From assembly GCA_965261395.1 (NCBI GenBank), contig OZ253462.1, positions 5,888,001 through 5,952,000 of the forward strand: a DNA stretch of 64,000 nucleotides. Reading direction: 5' to 3'. Both the position numbers and the translations under genes were made by a program. The DNA is from Candidatus Latescibacterota bacterium. GTDB taxonomy: Bacteria; Latescibacterota; UBA2968; UBA8231. Below the pieces are notes generated by a model. It did not search any database. It was given only the letters and a program-made list of their open reading frames with translations, and was not told the origin of the DNA. How positions within the stretch are numbered: position 1 is the stretch's first letter; each line of letters opens with the position of its first letter. Shown here piece by piece: positions 47,571 to 57,840 of this stretch.

Positions 47571-47721
47571 GAACGTAAATTATGGATGGATGGGTAGCAT
47601 CACAAAGCAAAATTATGCGTTTTGTCAGATTTCTCTTTTGCGAAAGGAGGTCGGAAGAGGCGAAGAAATGGGATCTCATACCCAGAGAAGTAATTCTCCC
47701 CCAAAACCTGGAGTAACCCTC

Positions 47722-48603
47722 ATGAAAAGACTTCTTCTCACTGCTAGCTTCATCCTGCTCGCCGCCGCCGCTTGGGCCCATACACCCGCCGGGGTAGTCT
47801 ATCCAGCTGTCCAATTTCCCGATGCCAACCTTCCCACCATAGACGGCGATATCGCCGAGTGGGATGTAGTGAATGAGACCTATTGGATCACCCACGAACA
47901 ATTGGTCGAGACCGTGACGGGGCTAGGCACCAGTTGGGACGCAACGGATTTGTCGGTGCGCGTTATTCTTGGATGGAATCCTACCATCAACAGGCTCTAC
48001 ATCATGGAAGACCGCTTCGACGACGCTATTTGGGTGCTGACCGATTGGGATTCCATGGAATTTGAATTTGACGCTGACCACAGCGGCGGTCGGTTCGGTA
48101 TGTTCAACGACTTGGTGGATACGCAGGAGGAAGCAGACCGCCTGCACGGTGCTCAGGCGCAAAATTACGGCATCAACAACGGTGGTCCGGGCACCTTGGC
48201 CTGGCACAAGGCGCAGTGGCACACTATGCCGCCGTGGGGCGATTGGGCCACGAGCCAGTCGGTTCCAGAGGGTGGGGAAGGGTTCTTTTACGCCGAGACC
48301 ATGATAACAGGGTGGGACGACCTAGACTGGAACGGTGCCGAGACCAGCGTGGTCCACCAACTCGCGGAAAACGAGATCGTCGGTTTCAATTTCACCATGG
48401 TCGATGAAGACAATGTGGAAGACTCTGGTTCGTACGACGGATATTGGGTGCTGAGCGGCCAGACGGATAGTTTCCGGGAAGGCGATCTGCTCACCGACTT
48501 CCTGTTGGCGCCGATCGATCCCGATATCAATTGGGCCGATCAGAAGGCCACGGCGGTGGAGGAGGTGGGGTGGGGCCGGTTGAAGGCCACCTTTGCCGAG
48601 TAG
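47722..48603 (+). CDS. Secreted CBM9/DOMON-like protein with C-terminal AVE..WGRLK motif
   Basis: Signal peptide MKRLLLTASFILLAAAAWA; PTIDGDIAEW; VGFNFTMVDED; tail ATAVEEVGWGRLKATFAE. Confidence 0.75.
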   Translation: MKRLLLTASFILLAAAAWAHTPAGVVYPAVQFPDANLPTIDGDIAEWDVVNETYWITHEQLVETVTGLGTSWDATDLSVRVILGWNPTINRLYIMEDRFDDAIWVLTDWDSMEFEFDADHSGGRFGMFNDLVDTQEEADRLHGAQAQNYGINNGGPGTLAWHKAQWHTMPPWGDWATSQSVPEGGEGFFYAETMITGWDDLDWNGAETSVVHQLAENEIVGFNFTMVDEDNVEDSGSYDGYWVLSGQTDSFREGDLLTDFLLAPIDPDINWADQKATAVEEVGWGRLKATFAE

Positions 48604-48623
48604 TTGTACCCCTTCGTGGGGTC

Positions 48624-48662
48624 ATACCGCCATGCCGGGAGTATCCGGTATGGCGGTATTTT
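48624..48662 (+). terminator. Intrinsic terminator-like hairpin within the operon
   Basis: ATACCGCCATGCCGG ... CCGGTATGGCGGTAT followed by TTT. Confidence 0.65.
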
Positions 48663-48685
48663 GTATGGTCCGCGTGCAGAAACCG

Positions 48686-50410
48686 ATGCGCAACTTGTGT
48701 ACGACCTTGGGCGCGTTGTTCTGGCTGATGCCGCTGAATCCCGTCGCCGCGGCCACGGAAATCTTTGTGGTGGGTGGGGAGGGCAACGGACTCCGCTGGG
48801 AAGAGGCCGCCGGTTCGGCGCCGGTAATCGACTTTGCCGACCGACCGGGATGGATCCTGCCCGGAAACGTGGCCCCCAATACCAATATCGCCCTGGAGAC
48901 TTACGGACGCGGCGGGCGAGTGACCTCGCCGAATGCCCATACCGTGCTGCGCCTGAACCGGGATGCCCTCGGAGACATTCTGCGGAACATAGTCGACGGC
49001 GACAACCAAACGGCTTTTGAGGTCAAAAACGTAGCGGCCACCGGCATTCTGCTGGTCATTGACTTGGGTGCCCGGTTCGGGGTCAACCACATCCGCTTCT
49101 TTCCCCGGCCCTCTTTTTCGAATGATTTTCTCAAAGGGTATGTCCTCTCCATCAACGACGGGGTATTCGGCGCCGACCTCATCGCGTCTTCCTTCACCAG
49201 ACTGCCGGACCAATCCCTGTTCAGTCAAATAGCCCAGGACGGGGGCAACAAACGCGACACGGTTAATGTCCGGTTCCCCCTGCAGTACGTGCGCTACATT
49301 CGCTTGGAATCCACCCAGAGATTCAATTGGGAGATCGACGAACTCGAAATCTTCGGGCAGGGGTTCGTCCCGGAGGCGATCTATGTATCCGAGGTTTTCG
49401 ATTTCGACCAACCAGCCATCTGGGGCCGGTTGAGTTGGGCGGCGGAGCACCAGGGGCAGACCGAAAAGTCCCGTTTGGCCATTAGCACCCGGAGCGGCAG
49501 TAGCCGGTCTCCGGCGGACGCGCCGGGGGATTGGAGCCCCTGGTCCTCTCCTTACAAGAGTAGCAATACCCGGGTGCTCTCGCCGGCACCACGCCGCTAT
49601 TTTCAATTCAAAGTGGATTTTGCCAGCGACGGTCTGGAAGACGGCGTGGGTCTCGACTCCCTAGCTTTTGAAGTCTCCCGTCCCGCCCTGGCGGATTCGA
49701 TCATCGGGGAGATATGGCCCCAAGAGGTCTCCGTCGGCGATACGACCTTTACCTATGTCGTCCGCGTGGTCAACGCCCGCGGCTTTGACCGCCTGGAGAT
49801 CGATACTTCCGCCCCCGTCGAGGCGGTCCGATCCGTCCGCCTCGACGATCGGGAACTGGACTTTGTAGCGACAACAGGAGCCCGCGGCTTGGTGCTCGAA
49901 TTCGCCGGCCAGAGCGGAACGCATCACCTAGAAGTAGTTTTCGACACCGTGGTTCTACGCTACGAAACAGTCTTTGCTGGACGCCTCATCGACCACCGGG
50001 TTGAGACCTTGCCCCAGGAAATCGACGAGGGCAATGCCTCGACGGAGCTACCGGGCGACGATCTGAGCGTGAGAATACCACTGACGGGAAGGTTGATTGA
50101 CCGGATCGAGGCGTCGCCCAATCCATTCACCCCCAATGGGGATGAAGTCAATGATCGGACCGTCATAGAGTACGATCTGTTGCACTTGACGAGAACGGCG
50201 CTGGTGTTCCTAGCAGTCTACGATCTAGCTGGGAATCGGCTCGCGCAGTTGACCCGGCAGGAGGAGACGAGCGGCCGCTTCTCGTATTCATGGGACGGCC
50301 GGGCCGCAGACGGTCGACTGATGCCGCCGGGACTTTACGCAATCCAGGTCGAGGTGGAAACGGATGTGGGGACAGAACGCCGCAGCAGTGCTATTACCAT
50401 CGCCTATTAG
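48686..50410 (+). CDS. Secreted discoidin-like + FlgD/CHU_C-like C-terminal domain protein, paralog A
   Basis: Signal peptide; VIDLGARFGVNHIRFF, VRYIRL, EIDELEIFG; PNPFTPNGDEVND...WDGR...PPGLY. Confidence 0.75.
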   Translation: MRNLCTTLGALFWLMPLNPVAAATEIFVVGGEGNGLRWEEAAGSAPVIDFADRPGWILPGNVAPNTNIALETYGRGGRVTSPNAHTVLRLNRDALGDILRNIVDGDNQTAFEVKNVAATGILLVIDLGARFGVNHIRFFPRPSFSNDFLKGYVLSINDGVFGADLIASSFTRLPDQSLFSQIAQDGGNKRDTVNVRFPLQYVRYIRLESTQRFNWEIDELEIFGQGFVPEAIYVSEVFDFDQPAIWGRLSWAAEHQGQTEKSRLAISTRSGSSRSPADAPGDWSPWSSPYKSSNTRVLSPAPRRYFQFKVDFASDGLEDGVGLDSLAFEVSRPALADSIIGEIWPQEVSVGDTTFTYVVRVVNARGFDRLEIDTSAPVEAVRSVRLDDRELDFVATTGARGLVLEFAGQSGTHHLEVVFDTVVLRYETVFAGRLIDHRVETLPQEIDEGNASTELPGDDLSVRIPLTGRLIDRIEASPNPFTPNGDEVNDRTVIEYDLLHLTRTALVFLAVYDLAGNRLAQLTRQEETSGRFSYSWDGRAADGRLMPPGLYAIQVEVETDVGTERRSSAITIAY

Positions 50411-50467
50411 GCCCTGTAGTAGTCGGGCCGCAAGCAGCTTAGCGACAAGCACATAGGGAGGCGCATA

Positions 50468-53179
50468 GTGCCGGGATGGAGCAGCCGCGTGGACAATCAC
50501 CTTCTTCTCGCCTTGTTCTGCATTGCGTGTATTGCAGTGCTAGCGAGCCAACTCGGGGCCCAGAGGATCGACTACGGCTCCCGACTGGGCCAGACTCGCG
50601 GTGGAGAAGTCTCGTACGAACCCCAGGGGTCGGGCGTGCTCTTCGACGCGCTGGACCCGGCCGTGCGACGGTGGTACGTGCCCCAGGAACTCCACCACTT
50701 CTACAAGTGGAAGCAGTGGGAGTACTCCAACTACGCCCGGGACCAATACCAGCGCTATGTATCTACCATTATCGAGGGGGATTATTTCTACGACCTGTAC
50801 GGCTCTTTCATCTCCCGGGGCTGGCTCATATACGACTGGCGCCAGCAGCAGCCAGAGCAATTCGGCAGCGTCATTTTCAAAGACCCGAAATTCAATGCGT
50901 GGTTCAATCAGGTGGTTATCTCCTCGGACGGAAAAGGCCAGCACCACCTGACGCTGACCATTGGCAGCCGGATTCGCACCACGCTGACGCCCATGACCTT
51001 CTCCAAACCCGCCTTCGACGGAGTCCAGGCCGATTATCAGTCGGACAAGTACGCCCTGACCTTACTGGCATCGCGGATCAATGCCCCAGGCTTCTCCACT
51101 CAGGTACCGGTGGAGACCACCAACAGCACCAATCTCTACGGCTTCCACGGCACGGGACAGATCGGCGATTTCATCACCTTGGGCGGCACGTACGTAAACG
51201 CCCACAACGCCCTGACGCTGCTGGAGAGCTTCAAGGGGAATCCGCTGAGCGGTTCGCTGACGGTAGGCCAAAATCTCGAACACATAGGCCAGCTCTTCAT
51301 CCGCTTGAGCGACGATTCACCGGATGACCGCGAGGGTGGGGCGACGCTATTTTCGTGGGATATCGTCATCGAGGCCGAAACCGATACGTTGGGTGAGAAT
51401 CTGCAGGGAGAGCGGGTCGTGGGACGCCGCAAGGAAGTAGTCCGCGGCAGTGAGATCGGTTTCGAGCCCATTGTCGAGGGCGGCTTCAAGGGCCAGGGGT
51501 TTTTGGTTGCCGATGGGAGCGAGCAGATCGACATGACCTACGACTTTCGCGCCGGCGCGTATAGAGGCCCCGATCCTTCCACCATTCGCCGAGTCTCAGT
51601 CGAAATGGTAGTGGCCAACGATTACCACATCGAGATGAGCTCGGACCGCCAGACCAACCTCCAGTCGTCCCCGCAGCCCGTCTTCCTGACCATGAAACGG
51701 GCGGCGAAAAATGTAAAGGATGGCTCCAACGTGCAGGTTGTGAAACTCGACTACGGTCTGCCCACTGGGAATGATGTCATTGGCTTCAACCTCGAGCTGC
51801 AGAATGCGTGGGGCTTTGACCTTTACGCCGAGTTCGACCGCAGCCGGCGTTTCCGCAAATATCCGAATCGGACCTTCGATACTCACCGCACAAGTGAGGA
51901 GACCGCCAACGCTTGGATGGTCAATCTGGCCAGAAAGTGGCACCCTTGGTTTTTCTTTGGGGAAGCGTATAGTATGGACCGCGACTACGGTACGACGAGC
52001 CTAATCGCCAACCTAGCCGGCGACATCGACTACGAGAACGAGCGCAGGTACTTCTACGAGTGGGTAGACGACAACGACGACCAGGACCGCACCCCCGACT
52101 GGCAGCGACTAAACCAGGGCGGTCCGGATCTGAATATTTTTCCGGGTTGGGACGAAAACAACGATTTCATCTCCGATTTCAACCAGAACGACAACGAGTT
52201 CCGCCCAAATTTCATCCCCGATTACGAAGAGCCCTTCCTGCGCTACAACGTCGACCGCCCGGAGTTCCTCTTTGGGGTGGATATGAACAATAACTTTTGG
52301 ATCGACCGCTTTGAAAACGACGAGGAGCCGGATTATCCCTACGATCGCGACCAGGCGGGCATCAATGCCTACACCGGAGTGTATATCACGCCAGAGATGC
52401 GCTTGACCACCGGATATAAACGGGCGCACATGCTATCCGACAACCGGGTCGATAGAAGCGTCTATAGTCTGCTCACCTGGAACCTCGATATGGCCGGGGT
52501 GGGCCGATTCCGGCTCTTCGAACTGTTCAAAATAGTCGAAGACGAGATCCCGGACCATCTCGTCCAGTGGGTGCAACCGGTGGGCTCTCAGGGAACCCTG
52601 AAGCGCATCGATGATCCGCTGGCCGCCTCCAACACTTGGATCAACTCCACCTTTCTCTCTTTCGATTATACTGGAAGAGCCAATTTGAAACTCGTCAACA
52701 AGCTGAAATACGAAATCTGGCACCAGCGCCAGCGCCAGCCGACTTTCCGCCGCAATCACCAGTTCTTCGGCTTGATCAACAAGGCCGAATACCGACAGCC
52801 GCTGGGTGGGGTCGAGGTGATTCCCAAGATCAAAAACGAACTGAGACTCGAAGCACCGCTGCTGAAAAACGATCCCGTGAGAAAAGAGAATACCCTCATC
52901 TTCTTCCTGATCGCCCGCATGGGGTTGCTGGCCAGTTCCGACGTACAGATGGGGGTCGAGTACACTATATTCAGTCAGCTCAAAGACCCGGCACCACCGG
53001 GTTTGCAGGAGGATTTTCGGGAGACCATCCTCGCAGTCCAGTACTCCAATACGGGCGATTACTTGGGCTATCGCCTGACTACCCAGGTGGGTTTGCGGAG
53101 CAGCCGGTTGGACCGCAAGGGGGAAGACCCCTTCTCAGGGATGAACCTGTTCATCACGACCCATGCGGCGCTCGAATGA
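50468..53179 (+). CDS. Large secreted protein, putative outer-membrane beta-barrel with an acidic Ca-binding-like insert
   Basis: Signal peptide; DDNDDQD, WDENNDFISDFNQNDN, DMNNNFWID motifs; alternating aromatic strands toward the C-terminus. Confidence 0.6.
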   Translation: MPGWSSRVDNHLLLALFCIACIAVLASQLGAQRIDYGSRLGQTRGGEVSYEPQGSGVLFDALDPAVRRWYVPQELHHFYKWKQWEYSNYARDQYQRYVSTIIEGDYFYDLYGSFISRGWLIYDWRQQQPEQFGSVIFKDPKFNAWFNQVVISSDGKGQHHLTLTIGSRIRTTLTPMTFSKPAFDGVQADYQSDKYALTLLASRINAPGFSTQVPVETTNSTNLYGFHGTGQIGDFITLGGTYVNAHNALTLLESFKGNPLSGSLTVGQNLEHIGQLFIRLSDDSPDDREGGATLFSWDIVIEAETDTLGENLQGERVVGRRKEVVRGSEIGFEPIVEGGFKGQGFLVADGSEQIDMTYDFRAGAYRGPDPSTIRRVSVEMVVANDYHIEMSSDRQTNLQSSPQPVFLTMKRAAKNVKDGSNVQVVKLDYGLPTGNDVIGFNLELQNAWGFDLYAEFDRSRRFRKYPNRTFDTHRTSEETANAWMVNLARKWHPWFFFGEAYSMDRDYGTTSLIANLAGDIDYENERRYFYEWVDDNDDQDRTPDWQRLNQGGPDLNIFPGWDENNDFISDFNQNDNEFRPNFIPDYEEPFLRYNVDRPEFLFGVDMNNNFWIDRFENDEEPDYPYDRDQAGINAYTGVYITPEMRLTTGYKRAHMLSDNRVDRSVYSLLTWNLDMAGVGRFRLFELFKIVEDEIPDHLVQWVQPVGSQGTLKRIDDPLAASNTWINSTFLSFDYTGRANLKLVNKLKYEIWHQRQRQPTFRRNHQFFGLINKAEYRQPLGGVEVIPKIKNELRLEAPLLKNDPVRKENTLIFFLIARMGLLASSDVQMGVEYTIFSQLKDPAPPGLQEDFRETILAVQYSNTGDYLGYRLTTQVGLRSSRLDRKGEDPFSGMNLFITTHAALE

Positions 53180-53217
53180 GGCGGCTTGGAGCCGTTGCAA
53201 AACCAGAGTTGACAATT

Positions 53218-55098
53218 ATGAGAACGAGTATCGCGACCCCGCTGGCGGTGCTGGTACTGGCCGCGGGATGGGTCGAGGCCCTGGAGGTCTACCGCATAGG
53301 TGGAGCAGACAAACCCCGCGTGGAGCTACCCGAGGTGAACTACCACCAGCTGCAGTGGAGCGATTTCACGGAGCAGCAGGGCCTCGACGAAGAGGCCCTG
53401 GCCCGGGGGGTTCTGCGGCCCCTTTTCATGAACGCGGGGGAGAATATCGCGCGCACCAGCTTGGCGCGGGGTGGTGGGGCTCATACCTCCGCTGCTGTGT
53501 ACGCCGGTTTTGGAGTGTCCGACGACACCCGCAAGATAACGGACGGCGACCCCGGCACCTTCTACAATTGGGTGCCCGCTGGTCCTTGGGGCGGCCGAAC
53601 CATACCGGTCGCCTTGGATCTAGGCGGTCTGTTCCACATAGACCGGGTGCGGATTTTCACCTTTGGCAGCGGCCATTATCCGGACAGGCTGGATATCGCT
53701 ACCTACGCAACCCCGGCACCGGGCCTTGAGGTTTTGAATGCGGTGAGCGGCAATGTGATCCTCAGATTGACCGAAAATGTACAGGATACAATTGACGTGG
53801 GGTTTCCCTCGACGCTGGCTAGGAGCGTGTACATGGTGTTCACCCGAACGGATCTGGCCAAAGAAGTGAAGGTGGCGGAAATCGAGGTCTACGGGGAGGG
53901 GTACATCGACCAAGCCTTCTATGCGGGAAAGTTCATCGACCTGGGAGAACCGGCAATTTGGGGCGATTTGAAATGGGGGGGGCGCAGTGATCCCCAGGCT
54001 AGGATCTGGATACAGTCGCGGACCGGCAAAGACCTAGATCCAAATGTGTACTGGCGGTTTACCGGGCGGGGCAGCGAAACTGCCCGCTTCGACAGGAATG
54101 GCAATCCCCTGGACGCGAACGCCTACCGCCGCCTGAAGCCCGGAGAGGCCGCTGAAATTACCTATGATACTGAGAACTGGAGTTTCTGGTCTCCGCCCTA
54201 CGCTTTTGCCGACAGCAGCGGCACACCCGTTCTCTCTCCGGGCCCCAATTCGGTTTTTCAGTTGAGGGTCGATTTCTCGCCCACGGCCGGAGACGGCGGA
54301 GAGTTGGAGTTCGTCGAATTGAGCGTCACCAAACCGCCGCTGGCCGAAGACGTGCGCGGGGAAATTTATCCTCCCGAGGTGCCCCTCGGACAGACGGCCC
54401 GGCTCACCTATGCCATTCAGCCCACCATCCGGACCGAGCACTCGGGTTTCGACCGCATAGAAATATCGGCCCCCTTCGGACTGGTGGCCGTCGACTCCGT
54501 GAAGGTCGGCGGGGTTCCAGTGGAGTTCACCCAGCATATCGACCTTCTGGATTCGACCTTTTTTGCCGTCCAACTGTTGGACCGCCTCGAAGCGGGGAAA
54601 TCCGGGACCTTGGTCGAGGTGCTATTCCGCGCCCCCGTACTACGCTACAGCACCGAATTCGCCGGCTGGGTGCGGGACACCTCGCGCCCCTTGGAACTGG
54701 CGCAGCGAATCAACCCGGGAGATGCCGCTAGGGAACTGCGGAGCGAAACCCTATCCGTGCGCACGACCTTTCTCAAGCGACTGCTGACGGATATACAGGT
54801 GGAACCGGCGTCCTTCACACCCAATGGAGACGGCATAAACGAGACGGTCGGATTTTCATTCAATCTGCTGCAACTGACAGGCGTTGCTCCTCTTAAACTG
54901 CTGATTTTCGACCTGTCCGGTCAATTGATAAGGGTGGTCCACGAGGGCGTCCAGCAGAGTGGAAGATTCAGCTTTACTTGGGATGGGATGGACGTCGACG
55001 GGCAACGGGTGCCGCCGGGATTGTACGTCTATCGCATCTCAGTGGAGGCAGAAAAAGGTGTGGATCGGGAAGTGGGGACTATCGCGGTGGTCTATTGA
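53218..55098 (+). CDS. Secreted discoidin-like + FlgD/CHU_C-like protein, paralog B
   Basis: Start MRTSIATP (alternative 53176); LDLGGLFHIDRVR, VAEIEVYG; FTPNGDGINE...WDG...PPGLY. Confidence 0.75.
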   Translation: MRTSIATPLAVLVLAAGWVEALEVYRIGGADKPRVELPEVNYHQLQWSDFTEQQGLDEEALARGVLRPLFMNAGENIARTSLARGGGAHTSAAVYAGFGVSDDTRKITDGDPGTFYNWVPAGPWGGRTIPVALDLGGLFHIDRVRIFTFGSGHYPDRLDIATYATPAPGLEVLNAVSGNVILRLTENVQDTIDVGFPSTLARSVYMVFTRTDLAKEVKVAEIEVYGEGYIDQAFYAGKFIDLGEPAIWGDLKWGGRSDPQARIWIQSRTGKDLDPNVYWRFTGRGSETARFDRNGNPLDANAYRRLKPGEAAEITYDTENWSFWSPPYAFADSSGTPVLSPGPNSVFQLRVDFSPTAGDGGELEFVELSVTKPPLAEDVRGEIYPPEVPLGQTARLTYAIQPTIRTEHSGFDRIEISAPFGLVAVDSVKVGGVPVEFTQHIDLLDSTFFAVQLLDRLEAGKSGTLVEVLFRAPVLRYSTEFAGWVRDTSRPLELAQRINPGDAARELRSETLSVRTTFLKRLLTDIQVEPASFTPNGDGINETVGFSFNLLQLTGVAPLKLLIFDLSGQLIRVVHEGVQQSGRFSFTWDGMDVDGQRVPPGLYVYRISVEAEKGVDREVGTIAVVY

Positions 55099-55176
55099 GC
55101 AGCTGGCTTAAATCCCCGCGTTCTGGGACTATCGGGGTCTTTAAGACAGCTTCGGAAACGACAAAGGAAGAGTACC

Positions 55177-57741
55177 ATGTGCGGCGCTGACCAATTGCGG
55201 GTTATTAGCTGTATTTTGCTGCTCGCGTCGGGGGGAGGAGCCCAGGGTTTCCGCTTTACAGGAGATGAACTGGTAGTCGACGAGACGAACTGGAGGGACT
55301 GGAGCTTTCCCAATGGCGCGGTGGAATTTGGCGTCGCAGGGCCCCGGCCACAATACGTCGAGGCGCGGGCCAATGTGGCCCTGAATGCCCACTCCTTCAC
55401 CTATGGGGAGGGGCTGAGAGGGGGCATCCGGGACGCGGGAACAAACCTGGATCTGGCTGACAATCTCATAGACGGGCAGGACGATACCTACTGGGAACCG
55501 GCCGCGAATACTCCCCTGAAAAAATGGTGGGTCGAGATGGACCTGGGCAGGGCGGTATGGGTGCAGAAAATAGTGGTTAAATTCGTCGGCGAAGAAGTCG
55601 GCGATCCCTTGTTGCAATTCAACCTACTCACCTCAAACGGCCTGTCCGCCTTTCAGCAGAGCGAAGCGCTGAATTACGTCCTCGTTGGTCGTAGCGAAGG
55701 TCTCAACAAGACGCAGCGCGTCTTCGAATTCGATCTGCAGCCGTCCCTGAGGGCCGATCCAGCTCTGCTCGGGGATCTGATCCAATTCGTCCAGATCGTG
55801 GCCACGGCCAGCGATGGAGGCCAGGCCGGAGAAATCAGCGAGGCGCGCTGGAACAGCCTGCCCGAGGAGGATCGGGGCGATATTCTCTACTTTCGCCGTG
55901 AGGCCGCCGGCGTCTTGCGCGAGGTGGATCCGGACGCGTACCAGGCCATTGCCGACCCGGAGGAGCGCGGTCCGGTCAAGTACTACCGCCGGGAACGTCC
56001 GCGGCTGGCCGAGATCGAGGTGTGGAGCGCTGGCGACAACATCAGTCTGGGCACTGTGGACCGGGGCGGCCGGATGGTCGGGTTCGGCAACTCGGGAAAC
56101 GAATTCCGCACAATTGACGGCGACTACAGCTCTTTTTGGGATGTACAGGTAGCAGTAGGCGGTGGCAACGCAGTCGTCGATGTCATCGACCGGGAGATTC
56201 TCTTCGACTTGGGTACCTGGTACTGGATAAATCGGGTCTTTTTCGTCTTCGCCGTAGAAGCGGGCAACGACGGATCGTCCAATGCCACGCTGCCCAACCA
56301 CATAATAAGTTTATCGGACGGCACCCGAGCACCGGACGGCAGTTTTGTCTACGTGCAGTTGGCCGCCCGAGGCCAAGACGGGGCCCAGGATCCGGCGGTG
56401 GGGAAGAGATTTTACCAAGACAACCTCTTCCCCCTCACCAAGGCGCGCTATGTGAAAATCGCGTACCGCCTACTCATCTCGAGGTGGATCAGCAGCAAGA
56501 TACGGGAGATCCAGCTCTATGGCCGCGGATTTATTCCTCGAGTATCGCTGACCTCGGACATAATCGAGTTGGGACAGAATCCCCGCATTCTCTCCAGCAT
56601 CGCTTGGGAGGCGGACACCCCCCTTGGAACCGAAGTGATGATCCGCACCCGGACCGGGGACAAGATCGACAAGAAGATCGAGTATTTCACCTCGGCTGGG
56701 CTTCCGGTGGACAGGAAAACATACTACAAAACGCTGAGTTTTCTGCGGGGGGATTCGCTGATTACCTTTATTCCAGGAGAAGACTGGAGCAACTGGAGTT
56801 CGCCCTATCTGGAGACAGGTGCGGCCATTACCTCACCCAGCCCCCGGAGCCACGCGATGATCCAGGCCACCTTACTCTCCGACGACCCGGAGCGGGCGGC
56901 GCAGCTGCACAACCTGCGCATCTCCCTCGAAGATCCCTTGGCCAGTCAGATCATAGGCGAAGTTGGGCCGCGGAGAACTCGACAGAGTGGACACAGGGAA
57001 GTCCTATCCCTTTTCCTCAAGCCCCTACTCGGAAACAATCACCAGGGATTCGACCTAGTGCTAGTAGAACTTCCTCCGGGCATTGAGGCGGAGTTGGTGG
57101 ATGCGCGGGTGGGGTCGGAGAGCGAACTGGCGGAGGGCGGGGGAAAATTGTACGGCCCGGACGAGTTGGAACGGTTCGAAACTGGAGCCGACTCCTTGTG
57201 GATCCGGCTTCCCGAGCCGGTGCGAGATTCTCAGCAATTGGTAGAATTGCGTTTCGCAAGCGTACTCTATCTGGTGAGCCATGAATTTATCGCCCTGGTG
57301 GGAATGGGAGAGGAGGAGGGGAAAAGAATATGGCAACGCGTGGATGCCGGCGATGCAACCACCTTGGTGGAGGGCGCTGGGATGACGGTTCAGGGCCCGG
57401 CCGACGGCAGTCTGATAGGCGAAATAGAAGTGGTGCCGAATCCCTTCACCCCGAACGGAGACGGCATCAACGATGTGGCGGAATTCGCCTTTCAGGTATT
57501 CAAAATACAGGGGCAAAAGGTCATGCTGCTGGAGGTGTACAGCCTGTCGGGCCGCCTGCTGCGGCGACTCGAAAACCCCGCAGCGCACGCTGCAGGTCTT
57601 CAGCGTCTGGTCTGGGACGGTCGCGACGACAGTGGTCAACTCGCACCGCCCGGTCTGTACATCTGCCGCGTTGGTATGGAGGTGGACGCCGAGGGCTTCG
57701 GCCAGTCGATCGCGGCCAAACTGATCTCACTCGCCTATTGA
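55177..57741 (+). CDS. Secreted protein with two discoidin-like domains + FlgD/CHU_C-like domain, paralog C
   Basis: LIDGQDDTYW..WWVEMDLG; IDGDYSSFW..FDLG; PNPFTPNGDGIND...WDGRDDSG..PPGLY. Confidence 0.75.
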   Translation: MCGADQLRVISCILLLASGGGAQGFRFTGDELVVDETNWRDWSFPNGAVEFGVAGPRPQYVEARANVALNAHSFTYGEGLRGGIRDAGTNLDLADNLIDGQDDTYWEPAANTPLKKWWVEMDLGRAVWVQKIVVKFVGEEVGDPLLQFNLLTSNGLSAFQQSEALNYVLVGRSEGLNKTQRVFEFDLQPSLRADPALLGDLIQFVQIVATASDGGQAGEISEARWNSLPEEDRGDILYFRREAAGVLREVDPDAYQAIADPEERGPVKYYRRERPRLAEIEVWSAGDNISLGTVDRGGRMVGFGNSGNEFRTIDGDYSSFWDVQVAVGGGNAVVDVIDREILFDLGTWYWINRVFFVFAVEAGNDGSSNATLPNHIISLSDGTRAPDGSFVYVQLAARGQDGAQDPAVGKRFYQDNLFPLTKARYVKIAYRLLISRWISSKIREIQLYGRGFIPRVSLTSDIIELGQNPRILSSIAWEADTPLGTEVMIRTRTGDKIDKKIEYFTSAGLPVDRKTYYKTLSFLRGDSLITFIPGEDWSNWSSPYLETGAAITSPSPRSHAMIQATLLSDDPERAAQLHNLRISLEDPLASQIIGEVGPRRTRQSGHREVLSLFLKPLLGNNHQGFDLVLVELPPGIEAELVDARVGSESELAEGGGKLYGPDELERFETGADSLWIRLPEPVRDSQQLVELRFASVLYLVSHEFIALVGMGEEEGKRIWQRVDAGDATTLVEGAGMTVQGPADGSLIGEIEVVPNPFTPNGDGINDVAEFAFQVFKIQGQKVMLLEVYSLSGRLLRRLENPAAHAAGLQRLVWDGRDDSGQLAPPGLYICRVGMEVDAEGFGQSIAAKLISLAY

Positions 57742-57840
57742 GCGGCTTCTTCCTTCCGTCTGCCCCTCGGACTCGCCCCAAGAATAGGTTCCAAGAGCTG
57801 TCAAACCCCCACAATGGTCGAATCTGTAATAAAAAGATAG

